Positions 51,601-59,425 of a stretch of 64,000 nucleotides of DNA are shown here, in pieces (position 1 is the first letter of the stretch; each line of letters starts with the position of its first letter). Source of the stretch: Acidobacteriota bacterium (lineage in GTDB: Bacteria; Acidobacteriota; Aminicenantia; Aminicenantales; Saccharicenantaceae); NCBI GenBank assembly GCA_028749115.1, contig JAQURD010000002.1, forward strand, positions 145,402 to 209,401, read 5' to 3'. The notes under the pieces were generated by a model that made no database searches, was not told where the DNA came from, and saw nothing but the letters and a program-made list of their open reading frames with translations. Made by a program: the position numbers and the translations under genes.

Positions 51601-52457
51601 AAAATTATCTTCAACAACCCTGGACAAAAAGTCTTCGTGTGAGCAATTAGTTTTCGTGCTTCATCCTGATATCTATCTGCATCATCCAGAAATACTACTG
51701 TATTTTTCTCGTGATTCAATTCATTAATGGCATTATTGAGATCACTTATTCCCGGCCTACAAAACCAAGCTTGCATATCAGGCTTGATTTTGATCACATT
51801 TTTCCCAGCGTCGATGATAAAATGAGTTTTTCCATATCCACCACAAGCATGAACAATGAATATTTTGCTTCTGGAGTCTTGTAAAAACTTCTCGAAGGTC
51901 TCTAACGAATCTTCTCTTCCTAAGAAATTACTGAGAATGTGCTCTGACTGCGCTTTAGCAAACTTTTGGGGCGGAACAAACATCGGCTCCTGAGTATCGC
52001 CGAAGTAATTGTACCTAAGCCATGGGTACTGGACGATTCTGCTCTCAAGATTTGCACGCGGCCAAATAAATAATTTTTTTACAAACCCTTGACCCTGATT
52101 CAGCCTCTCTAGTTTACCAACATGATCATTTATACCTACTCTAAGATCGGCATTAGTCGCAATTAAAAGATAGTCCACCCGATTTTTCTTAGCCTTTTTC
52201 AATTCGTCTTTTACCTCTTGACGCAATTGCTTATAAGCTTGATTAAGATTATGCTTTGTCCATTTCGACTGAAAATTCCAGACACCGCAATATTCCATAT
52301 ATGGACCGTCATAGCGACCATCCCACCCGCCATCGGCGGCTATTGCTGGGCTACTTGAAAGGTAACCAGGGTTGTTTATCTCCAGCGCAAATAAGTCATT
52401 CACCAAACGCTGGAAATCCCTATCATTATTAATTTTCCCCCAGTCCAGTTCTTTCAT
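48612..52457 (-). CDS. Avs-like antiviral STAND NTPase: N-terminal Mrr-like restriction-endonuclease domain + P-loop NTPase + about 950-aa helical repeat sensor
   Basis: aa 15-100 DFQRLVNDLF ... ADGGWDGRYD ... NFQSKW ... VDYLLIATNADL (Mrr_cat-like D ... QxK); Walker A IFIVHACGGYGKTHF (aa about 200), Walker B VVFLDDADR; rest is predicted alpha-helical repeats. Confidence 0.65.
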   Translation of the reverse strand: MKELDWGKINNDRDFQRLVNDLFALEINNPGYLSSSPAIAADGGWDGRYDGPYMEYCGVWNFQSKWTKHNLNQAYKQLRQEVKDELKKAKKNRVDYLLIATNADLRVGINDHVGKLERLNQGQGFVKKLFIWPRANLESRIVQYPWLRYNYFGDTQEPMFVPPQKFAKAQSEHILSNFLGREDSLETFEKFLQDSRSKIFIVHACGGYGKTHFIIDAGKNVIKIKPDMQAWFCRPGISDLNNAINELNHEKNTVVFLDDADRYQDEARKLIAHTKTFCPGLLKIILSCRSSGLKIVEELACKQSIYNYEVFELPKLPEKILIEILNIASGSKTINHPERIVKQLNGNLFLIVVTGKYIKDGATDGREIKTRIKDELDREAENALQGLLNERDTKNLLRELSAILPFPKEKQANKIIEQLASVLDLKTDLINEAMDRLVESKILRKTGSSLRFNPDMKGDIYLSIELDKKSEKNIAHTMLDNWLSICPDQLMANLADASLYKETTLVNEAVKDLLKKWIDEVSQTNDWEKAKRLELAGHVAFLAPDQTINLTYAYIDSSSTEEGYRLNQDSYGPIIYSILHIPGYEKVTLELILYIAQKGLKGTCHNYKPTTLIRNIVSPIEKNITSATNSLNELLSWVNKASCTELEAELASEGVKEALSGSHEYQEGYEYQLIIGRKVLRYSGSFKKSIDQYRDKAMEVLKCFLFHQNDKIKKMGIEIIDYIGYRPASKNDDFWDRILRDIEKAFTWLEKLINFTDSHQLLSAVEDVLIRYWEDNEDHPNLSAKAADILRAFPRSIDYLIFRYFVVDDLIISDFKKLEEETPGKDRRTWLIDNYYRCIAFQQRDFDVLVKKLSDKNKQQDEIIGYLNRLENEINGIARLGPVPLIETWSKFNEKAFIQIATNRKLMEKIPERFHPGICQAASDKDKRYIDKYAESILADLENLRPQMVGILLDLIISHNVSESKFMPWLLRIIERADDYVRSRILYSSYQIFKDRPQKERDQIVYILEQSLQGEVGHPVLEACDFLIQEAKNWNLRDEDLEKIRKRLVEIIREIPKIDHHTDNLLGFAINSDLDKFISLVDYRIKKQSEYYKRGKILDYDAMPFDGFGSVKGLIRTYEDFVKLMEKVNTWSNEGLLSPLSNELLISNLCTTDNEQRDYLMGYISEKVEAGDVGNLRIAANALCSVPFSNGTTDLYLEYLIATEKVGLFDEIKHVLAQQVFFGSPSATWQISSDLAHKKESLERMYDKCPPGTIKSYINSLITSVIEKIQKCSNIDDDDPT

Positions 52458-53475
52458 AGATAGTCTCTTTTAATCTAAAAAATAAATTTGCTTTTAAGCT
52501 TCATAACAGGAATAAGAATTAATGTTCCAATTTTGCCTTTCTAACCATTATATGAAATATAATGTGCTAAAAAATGGATGTCAACACACTGCCTCATTCA
52601 GTTAAGATGAATTATCGAGGGGGGGACTATAATAGCCAAAAGTAATTGTATTGCCAGCTGCTGACAACAGCTGGAAGATTGGCCGGGCAAGCCAGTTAGT
52701 TTTTGCAATTTGTATGAGCTTTATATAGCCATACGGAATAGTTAAATTAAAATGAGAGTAGCCATGGGAAAGCATACCATATATAAGATTTTTTCTGCCC
52801 AAGTTACAAGGGAAACCTCTGTCTAATAAAGAAGGTTATTAAACACTGAAGATATGATCGGAATTCGCATTAAATGGCTAGCCATTTAATGCTATAATCC
52901 CATGGATTTAGACATATAAAAACAGGGTTTACATTACGCACTCGATGGCAAGAAGAATTTTATGCTAATTTAGAAAAGATTTTAACTGCTTTCAGCTAGG
53001 AATTCATATAACGGTTTGAAGGAGGCGGTAGCACGGATTATTTCGTCCTTGAAACTTTCGTGTTCCATCTCCGGATAATCCTTGAAGAAATATCTGGTTC
53101 TGATCATTAGCTGACCGTTGTAACCTTTCTTGCGGGCAATGGCGCTGCAAGAATTCCAGATAGATATTAGGCAATTTGTTTCTTAGCTCAAAGAGCTGGC
53201 TTTCAAACTCACGGAAAAGATTATCATCCTGGGTCGTGTTTTTTATTCCATTTTTCTTCTTGACAACTGCCCGCCGGCGAATTATTTTTAAAATTGAACG
53301 GTTAGTTAACAGGGGAAAAGCGATGCGCCTCGGGTATAGCTGTCTGATCAGGGGAGAATTATCGGAATTTCTACATTTCCAGCGGGCTTTTTTCTAAATA
53401 TGGCTCTGCCTCGGGGCAATTTTGTTCAATTTAGTTGATCATTTTGCCCTGGGTCAGGCCGCAGGAGGTAAAGGG

Positions 53476-54936
53476 ATGAAAAAAGTTCCAAAAACGGCTG
53501 CCAATCTATTATTAAATTATTTCGTCAGCGATCCCCTGCCACGGTTGCCAAAGCTCTTAACTCTGGCTGAATCTCTTGACCGGGGACACCTGCGGACCAA
53601 CAAAATCCGGCGGCTCCGCGAAATTCTGATGAATGAGAATAGCAACTGGCATCTGTTCGTCAAAAAATTGGCCGAGGAAGTGGATCCAAAGTGTCTGAAA
53701 AAGCTGGTCGAGTGCTTTTTTGTTAACTCAATGCTGGATGGCATTCCGCTGGCACATGACCTGTCGGAAAAGTATGATTGCAATATCCCCTGGGTCATTC
53801 TGATGGACCCAACCAGCGCCTGCAATCTGTCCTGTGTCGGCTGCTGGGCGGCTGAGTATGGCCAAAAATACAATCTCTCTTACGAGCTTCTCGACTCGAT
53901 CATCCGTCAGGGAAAAGAAATCGGCATCCATTTTTATATTTTTTCAGGCGGCGAGCCCCTGGTCAGAAAGAAAGATATACTGCGTTTGTGCCGTGCTCAT
54001 CAGGACTGCTATTTCTTTGCCTTCACCAATGGCACGCTGGTTGACGATGAATTCTGCCAGGAATTGCGGAAACTCGGCAACTTCGCCCTGGCTTTCTCGA
54101 TCGAAGGCGACCGGGAGGCAACTGATTTCCGCCGCGGCGAGGGCGCCTATCAAAAAGTCATAGAGGCTATGGATAGAATGAAGGCCCACAAGCTTTTCTT
54201 TGGCTATTCGGCCTGCTATCACCACTACAACACCGAGAATGTCATATCTGATGAATTTGTTGACAATATGATTGCCCGGGGCTGCCGCTATGCCTGGTAT
54301 TTTACTTATATTCCGATAGGAAAAAGCGCCAGGACCGATTTGCTGGTCACGCCTGAGCAGCGAGCCTATATGTACAGGCGCATCAATGAAGTGCGGGCCA
54401 CCAAGCCTCTCTTTGGCATGGATTTCTGGAATGACGGCCAATATGCTTATGGCTGCGTGGCCGGCGGCAAGCGTTATTTCCATATCAATGCGGCTGGCGA
54501 TGTCGAACCGTGTGCTTTTATCCACTACTCTAACGTCAATATCCATGACGTCAGCCTGCTGGATGCGCTGCGGTCACCGATCTTTATGCAGTACAGACGG
54601 AGGCAGCCATTTAATGAGAACCCGCTCAGGCCCTGTCCGCTCCTTGATAACCCGGAGATACTGGTGGACATGGTGAAGGAGTCGGGAGCCAAATCAACTG
54701 ACATGGAAGCACCGGAAGACGTGGAGGAACTCTGCGCCAAAACACGGGAAGCAGCCAGGCGGTGGGCGCCGGTTGCTGAACAGCTGAGGCCGCGGCCCAA
54801 GGTAGCTCAGGCGGCGCAGGGGGCAGAGACAACGCAGGCAGCACAGGCAGCTGCTCAGGCTACTGAACAGGTGGCTCGACCTTCTGAGCAGGCAGGCCAT
54901 CCTTCCGCTCAGCCGCCGACCTCGCCCTCTGCTTAG
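53476..54936 (+). CDS. radical SAM/SPASM-domain protein with about 100-aa N-terminal extension and Ala/Gln-rich C-terminal tail
   Basis: CNLSCVGCW CxxxCxxC cluster; FSGGEPL SAM motif; C-terminal GCVAGG ... AAGDVEPCAF ... RPCPLL SPASM cysteines; strong RBS AGGAGG before the 2nd Met (53476), whereas the track ORF begins at 53422. Confidence 0.85.
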   Translation: MKKVPKTAANLLLNYFVSDPLPRLPKLLTLAESLDRGHLRTNKIRRLREILMNENSNWHLFVKKLAEEVDPKCLKKLVECFFVNSMLDGIPLAHDLSEKYDCNIPWVILMDPTSACNLSCVGCWAAEYGQKYNLSYELLDSIIRQGKEIGIHFYIFSGGEPLVRKKDILRLCRAHQDCYFFAFTNGTLVDDEFCQELRKLGNFALAFSIEGDREATDFRRGEGAYQKVIEAMDRMKAHKLFFGYSACYHHYNTENVISDEFVDNMIARGCRYAWYFTYIPIGKSARTDLLVTPEQRAYMYRRINEVRATKPLFGMDFWNDGQYAYGCVAGGKRYFHINAAGDVEPCAFIHYSNVNIHDVSLLDALRSPIFMQYRRRQPFNENPLRPCPLLDNPEILVDMVKESGAKSTDMEAPEDVEELCAKTREAARRWAPVAEQLRPRPKVAQAAQGAETTQAAQAAAQATEQVARPSEQAGHPSAQPPTSPSA

Positions 54937-55027
54937 CTGCCTCAGGTCAGTCAGCAATCCATCCATGGGTTTAGCTGACATGCATTAGCCTCAGTAGCAG
55001 ATTAATATCGTCCTGTTCGATCGCAAT

Positions 55028-55294
55028 CTATTTAGCCAGCGTTATCTGCCTGCTTTTTTTCTTTTTTCTGGCCCATTCGATGGCTTCCTCTACATCTTGC
55101 TCGCTTAGACCAAGTTCGGCCATTTTCTTCCTCACTTTTTCTAAGGAACCTTCACCAACAGGGGTCATCTTCACTGGCTCAAGAATTATCTTGCCGTCTT
55201 CGACATGAACTTCAAAATATTCGACATCCTCCAGATTCTCCATTATTTTTTTGGGCAAAGTGATTTGGTTTTTATAGGTCCTTTTGCAAAGCAT
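55028..55294 (-). CDS. AbrB/MazE/SpoVT-family (swapped-hairpin) DNA-binding protein, antitoxin-like
   Basis: YKNQITLPKKIMENL ... GKIILEPV matches the SpoVT-AbrB looped-hinge fold; acidic/basic C-terminal tail. Confidence 0.5.
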   Translation of the reverse strand: MLCKRTYKNQITLPKKIMENLEDVEYFEVHVEDGKIILEPVKMTPVGEGSLEKVRKKMAELGLSEQDVEEAIEWARKKKKSRQITLAK

Positions 55295-55632
55295 TGGTCA
55301 GCCTCCACAATAATATTAAGCTCTGGTAATGCATCTGTCAAGTAATATTTCCTTACATCCTTCTACGCTTGCTAATTCTTATGAACATAAGGATCACCAA
55401 CTCCGCTTCTATTTATACCAAACTTATAACAAGCCCATTTCAGGCCAGAAGCATCACTCTTAGTTCAATTATTTACCAAGATAGTGGCCCTGGTTAACAT
55501 CCTGAATCAAATTTAACTGTTAAATCTTAGGCCGGCTCCCTGAGAGGCTATGGCCAGTCAAATCAGGCGGCTTAAGAATACTTCAATAGAAAGCTATTTA
55601 TCGATCAGGATAATTGGTGAATTTGGAATCTC

Positions 55633-56277
55633 TTATTTTTGCAAAGTGTCATATAAACTTACTATTTTTTGCTCTAAGAGTTTTATTTCATTTTCTAAGC
55701 CATCTGGTACTTCTAAATACTTTTTTAAGGTTTCCAATCCAACCAGAGCTGCATATTTTATAAACCCTGACAATAGCAAAAGATTAGTTTTAACGACACT
55801 ATCATCTACTATTGGCTCGATATGCCATCTGCCAGTTTCCATATTAACTAGATGGCCTATTGAATCCCAAGAAACCTTCATGTGTGATGCATATTCGTTT
55901 AAATGCTCTCGAAGTTCTTGGAATTTTCCGTCTATTATTTTTGCTATTTCCCCTGCAGAAGGCAATTTGTCATCTAAAAATAGTTGTATCCTCTTTTCGT
56001 CCTCGGTTAAGAATGTTAATGCTTCCAAATACTCTATTGCCAGTCGGAGCAAAGCACCAGATTCTTGTCCTAACCCTTCCCATATCAAAATATATATGGC
56101 TTTAAATAGATATTTACATTTGACAAGTATCAATCCGCATACCCTTACGAATGTGCTGTCATTAACATGCTTGTTAAAAACTCGAATTTCCTTATCTAAG
56201 ATATCAAAGCCACGGGTAACAATTTCTTTATATTGTTCTATCTGCTTTTGAAAATCTTCGTCATTTACTTGAAACAT
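55633..56277 (-). CDS. hypothetical protein (214 aa, helical)
   Basis: Clean AT-rich ORF; no motif. Confidence 0.4.
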   Translation of the reverse strand: MFQVNDEDFQKQIEQYKEIVTRGFDILDKEIRVFNKHVNDSTFVRVCGLILVKCKYLFKAIYILIWEGLGQESGALLRLAIEYLEALTFLTEDEKRIQLFLDDKLPSAGEIAKIIDGKFQELREHLNEYASHMKVSWDSIGHLVNMETGRWHIEPIVDDSVVKTNLLLLSGFIKYAALVGLETLKKYLEVPDGLENEIKLLEQKIVSLYDTLQK

Positions 56278-56349
56278 TTCAATATACCCTATCGGTTCTA
56301 CCGCTAGAACATCTTCTGCCTCTGGCCTTCTGACCTCCTCGCTGCTTTT

Positions 56350-56622
56350 CTACCCTTCCCCTGATATTCTTTTATCATGCAAAATTGCCCAGATATAAGA
56401 AGGCCCGCGGACCTTATTGTTTATAGCTCCAGGCCCATCAACGGGCATAAGATCATAGGCAGTCGCGAAATCGCTTTTTGATAAATTATAATTCGTCCTT
56501 GACACTTTAATACTGGAACCATGTACCCAATAGCAAAACTGCTCTCCGTTTTTCGTATAGAATGTTTCACCCTGATGGCCCAGTACTTTTTGCCAAATAG
56601 CCTCAAAATTTGATTGGCTCAT
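56350..56622 (-). CDS. hypothetical protein (90 aa), second gene of a coupled pair
   Basis: Start overlaps the upstream ORF stop (ATGA). Confidence 0.4.
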   Translation of the reverse strand: MSQSNFEAIWQKVLGHQGETFYTKNGEQFCYWVHGSSIKVSRTNYNLSKSDFATAYDLMPVDGPGAINNKVRGPSYIWAILHDKRISGEG

Positions 56623-57203
56623 ACCTGATCTCCTATTTTATGTTTTGGTTTAGCCAGGTAAATCCTGGCCTCACTTTTGCTATTAAACCTGACAGCATAA
56701 GGCTCTGCGATAACCTCAGCAACATTTACAATACGATTCATATGGATACTATTCCATAAATCGTCTTTTGTCTTGTCTACAGGCATTGGGTAAACGATAA
56801 ACATCACCAGTTGCTCGCAATCCTGGTTGGGACATTTTTTGAGTTTTTTTACATCATCAATCACATGTTGAACCTGATTTGTTATAGGTTTTCCAGGCAG
56901 ATTATAGTTCGTTACGATAACTTCCAGGCCGCACCATATCTCTTTTTCATTTGTTTTAAACCAGATGTCGCAAAAGCCTGCTTTCGGCCCATATACTTCC
57001 TCGAGATTTGCATCGACAACGGTCCCGATTTTCTTACACTCATTAAGATACCAGATAAACTCACCCTGTAACCACTTCTCACAGCTGGCTTGCCTATTTA
57101 AATATGGTATAAAGTAATCTTTTTGTTTGGAGAGAAACTCAAAGAACCCCGAAAATATTTCTATACCTACCCCCTCCCCTGAACAGGCACTGACCGCATC
57201 AGC
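56619..57203 (-). pseudogene. roughly 195-codon open frame lacking any ATG/GTG/TTG in its first 113 codons (possible frameshifted gene)
   Basis: Continuous protein-like frame ADAVSACSGEGVGIEIFSGFFEFLSKQKDYFIPYLNRQ ... QVQHVIDDVKKLKKCPNQDCEQLVMF ... ; the track calls only the last 81 codons from a GTG at 56864. Confidence 0.4.
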
Positions 57204-57441
57204 TTATATTGCTCATTAGATGCCTACAAATAACGGGCAGCGTTGCTCTATCTTTGTACATTAAGGTTAAGATAACTAATAGATTAAAGTCAAATTTGAC
57301 TCTCTTTCCCAGTTGAGCTTGCCAAAGAAGGACAGGAGGCAATTGCACAAAATAGGCCATCTACATCAGATAGACAATAGTATGAGCAGAGCTTGAAAGA
57401 ATGAACAGATCATTAAGCCTGCCCATTACAAGTGAAACCAA

Positions 57442-57924
57442 TTAGCTCTGTTTTTTCTTTTTTTGTGGCGGCTTTTCTTCCTTTTTCCTTGCCTTCAAAA
57501 GAGGAAGTGTAATCGGGGGGATATTCATGCGTGCTGTCGTATTGTAAATAAATTCTCTAAAAAACGGCCAGGTATTGATATGCAAGTTAGCCTTTTTAAA
57601 CTCCTCAAAAAATTCTGGTGAGAAACAGCTGGCGGGAGAATAATTCAAGCAAAAGGCACATTCTATCTTACCAGCCGCTTTAACTTCAGCAGTCTTCAAC
57701 ATCATCTCCACACAATATCGGTGAATTACATCAACTGTATCATCGTCCTTAACTGCCATAGACGGCTCGTCAATAATATTAATCAAGTGTTCTGCTTCCT
57801 TTCCTTGAAAAAAGGCGTCTCTATCTATTTCGCATGAAGAGCTCTTGAGGTACATACCATTCAGTTTAATTTTCCCAATAATTTCTGCATATTTTTCTTC
57901 GCTTATAGCCCTTTTCTTACTCAT
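57442..57924 (-). CDS. hypothetical protein (160 aa) immediately downstream of hicB
   Basis: 8-nt gap after hicB, co-oriented; Lys-rich C-terminus; no motif. Confidence 0.4.
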   Translation of the reverse strand: MSKKRAISEEKYAEIIGKIKLNGMYLKSSSCEIDRDAFFQGKEAEHLINIIDEPSMAVKDDDTVDVIHRYCVEMMLKTAEVKAAGKIECAFCLNYSPASCFSPEFFEEFKKANLHINTWPFFREFIYNTTARMNIPPITLPLLKARKKEEKPPQKKKKQS

Positions 57925-57932
57925 TTTTTCTC

Positions 57933-58502
57933 CTAGCAGAGAGATTTTCTATATATATTTTTATTTTCATTTACCGTTGGTTGTGGAGCAAAGTCAACAT
58001 CCTGCAAATTTATCCGATATGGAGGCTTTCGCCATTCATTAAACACTTGTAACATTGTCTGTGACATTGTTTCGACTTCATTTTCATATTTAAGAGACGC
58101 TAAGCCTCGTTCAATCAGGTGATTCAAGAGCTGGTTGAGGCTGATATCCTGTTCTTTGGCCAGTTTAGATAATTCTTCGTGAAGATAAAATGGAATTCGC
58201 AGCAATATCCGCCCGCTGTACCGTTCTTCGTCCTTTTCAGGCTCAGGAATTTGTACCCCGCCCCGCAGATACATTTCAAAGAGATCTCTCTTGACCACAT
58301 CAAGATGGGCCAGAGCCTCTTCAATGGTGTCGCCATAGCCACGAAAGGCTTCTCTTCCAAGCTGAGGAATCCTGGCTTCATAGCCACCACCATCCTCATC
58401 ATTAAAAGGCACTATTTCTACCTTATATCTGTGATTCAGATAATAACTGAGATCTTTTTCCTGAACTTTTTTTTCAGCTTTCTTTTTCATTGTCCTTTTC
58501 AC
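57933..58502 (-). CDS. hicB: HicB-family antitoxin (RNase H-like N-terminal domain + RHH DNA-binding domain)
   Basis: YKVEIVPFNDEDGGGYEARIPQLGREAFRGYGDTIEEALAHL HicB signature; C-terminal GRILLRIPFYLHEELSKLAKEQDISLNQLLNHLIERGL ribbon-helix-helix. Confidence 0.75.
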   Translation of the reverse strand: MKRTMKKKAEKKVQEKDLSYYLNHRYKVEIVPFNDEDGGGYEARIPQLGREAFRGYGDTIEEALAHLDVVKRDLFEMYLRGGVQIPEPEKDEERYSGRILLRIPFYLHEELSKLAKEQDISLNQLLNHLIERGLASLKYENEVETMSQTMLQVFNEWRKPPYRINLQDVDFAPQPTVNENKNIYRKSLC

Positions 58503-58815
58503 TTTTTCCCTCCATTAGCTCACAGATTTCTATGGCTTCAATAATCTTCTCTACATAACAACGCTTAACGGTTTGTCCGCTTTTAACTGGAATGGTAAAA
58601 ACTCCCTCTAAAGCATACTTCGTGCTTAAAGGATTTTGCTCTTTATATTTACCCAATCTGGGATCTTTAACAATGATATGTGAGCCTCTTTTATGTTCAT
58701 AATATTCAAAAGAATCCTTTATTATGCTTTCGACTTCTTCTACTCTGAGTTCTGGAAGCTTCTCTCCGCGTGCCTGCTTGTCTTTAAGCTGCTGGATACG
58801 CTTTTTAACACTCAT
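58474..58815 (-). CDS. hicA: HicA-family mRNA interferase toxin
   Basis: HKRGSHIIVKDP ... dsRBD-like HicA fold; overlaps hicB by 29 nt. Confidence 0.7.
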   Translation of the reverse strand: MSVKKRIQQLKDKQARGEKLPELRVEEVESIIKDSFEYYEHKRGSHIIVKDPRLGKYKEQNPLSTKYALEGVFTIPVKSGQTVKRCYVEKIIEAIEICELMEGKSEKDNEKES

Positions 58816-59425
58816 GTTATTGCTTTATAATGATATTATAGATGATATCACTTTTGTCAAGTATTTTTTTAGCCCAGAATATGCCAGACAAGACTATGTC
58901 TAAAATTCACCCAGCCGCCAATCTATCTCAAAAGACGGTGCCAGGCTAAGTATTTTCTCATTTTAAGCAGAAGGAAATTTAAGCGAGCCAACCCGATTTA
59001 ATGGAACGAATCTTATTAAAAGAGCGAATCTTCGGGGAACAGCGGAAAAAGGTCGAGGACGGAAGCCTGACCAGACTAAAAAACCAGACTAATAAAACTT
59101 GAATGGAGGCAAGGCGATTGGGTTATAATAGGTGCGAAATCAAATTTCAGGGTTCCAAAAAACATAAATAAAAAATAAACACAAAGCAGATACCCATGAA
59201 TCTCTCAGCCAGCCCATCCAGGCTTTCATCTAAGCCTTTTGGCTGGCTAAACTATGGGAATCACCTTAGACCATACTACTCCTCTATCCACCACCTGGAC
59301 GCTATCTATCAGCCTGAAATAGAGCGTCTCTTCAGACAAAAGTGTGTCAGATAAAAAGGACTTGAATTGTCAGGCACGCTAAAAATATATTATAATATTT
59401 AGTTAAACAATATGAGGGGGTGAAG

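Noticed and set aside
53517-54981. Multiple 70-200-aa ORFs on both strands (for example 53944-54546 on the minus strand)
   Set aside because: All are nested within the radical SAM/SPASM CDS, which has clear catalytic motifs; they are high-GC shadow frames.
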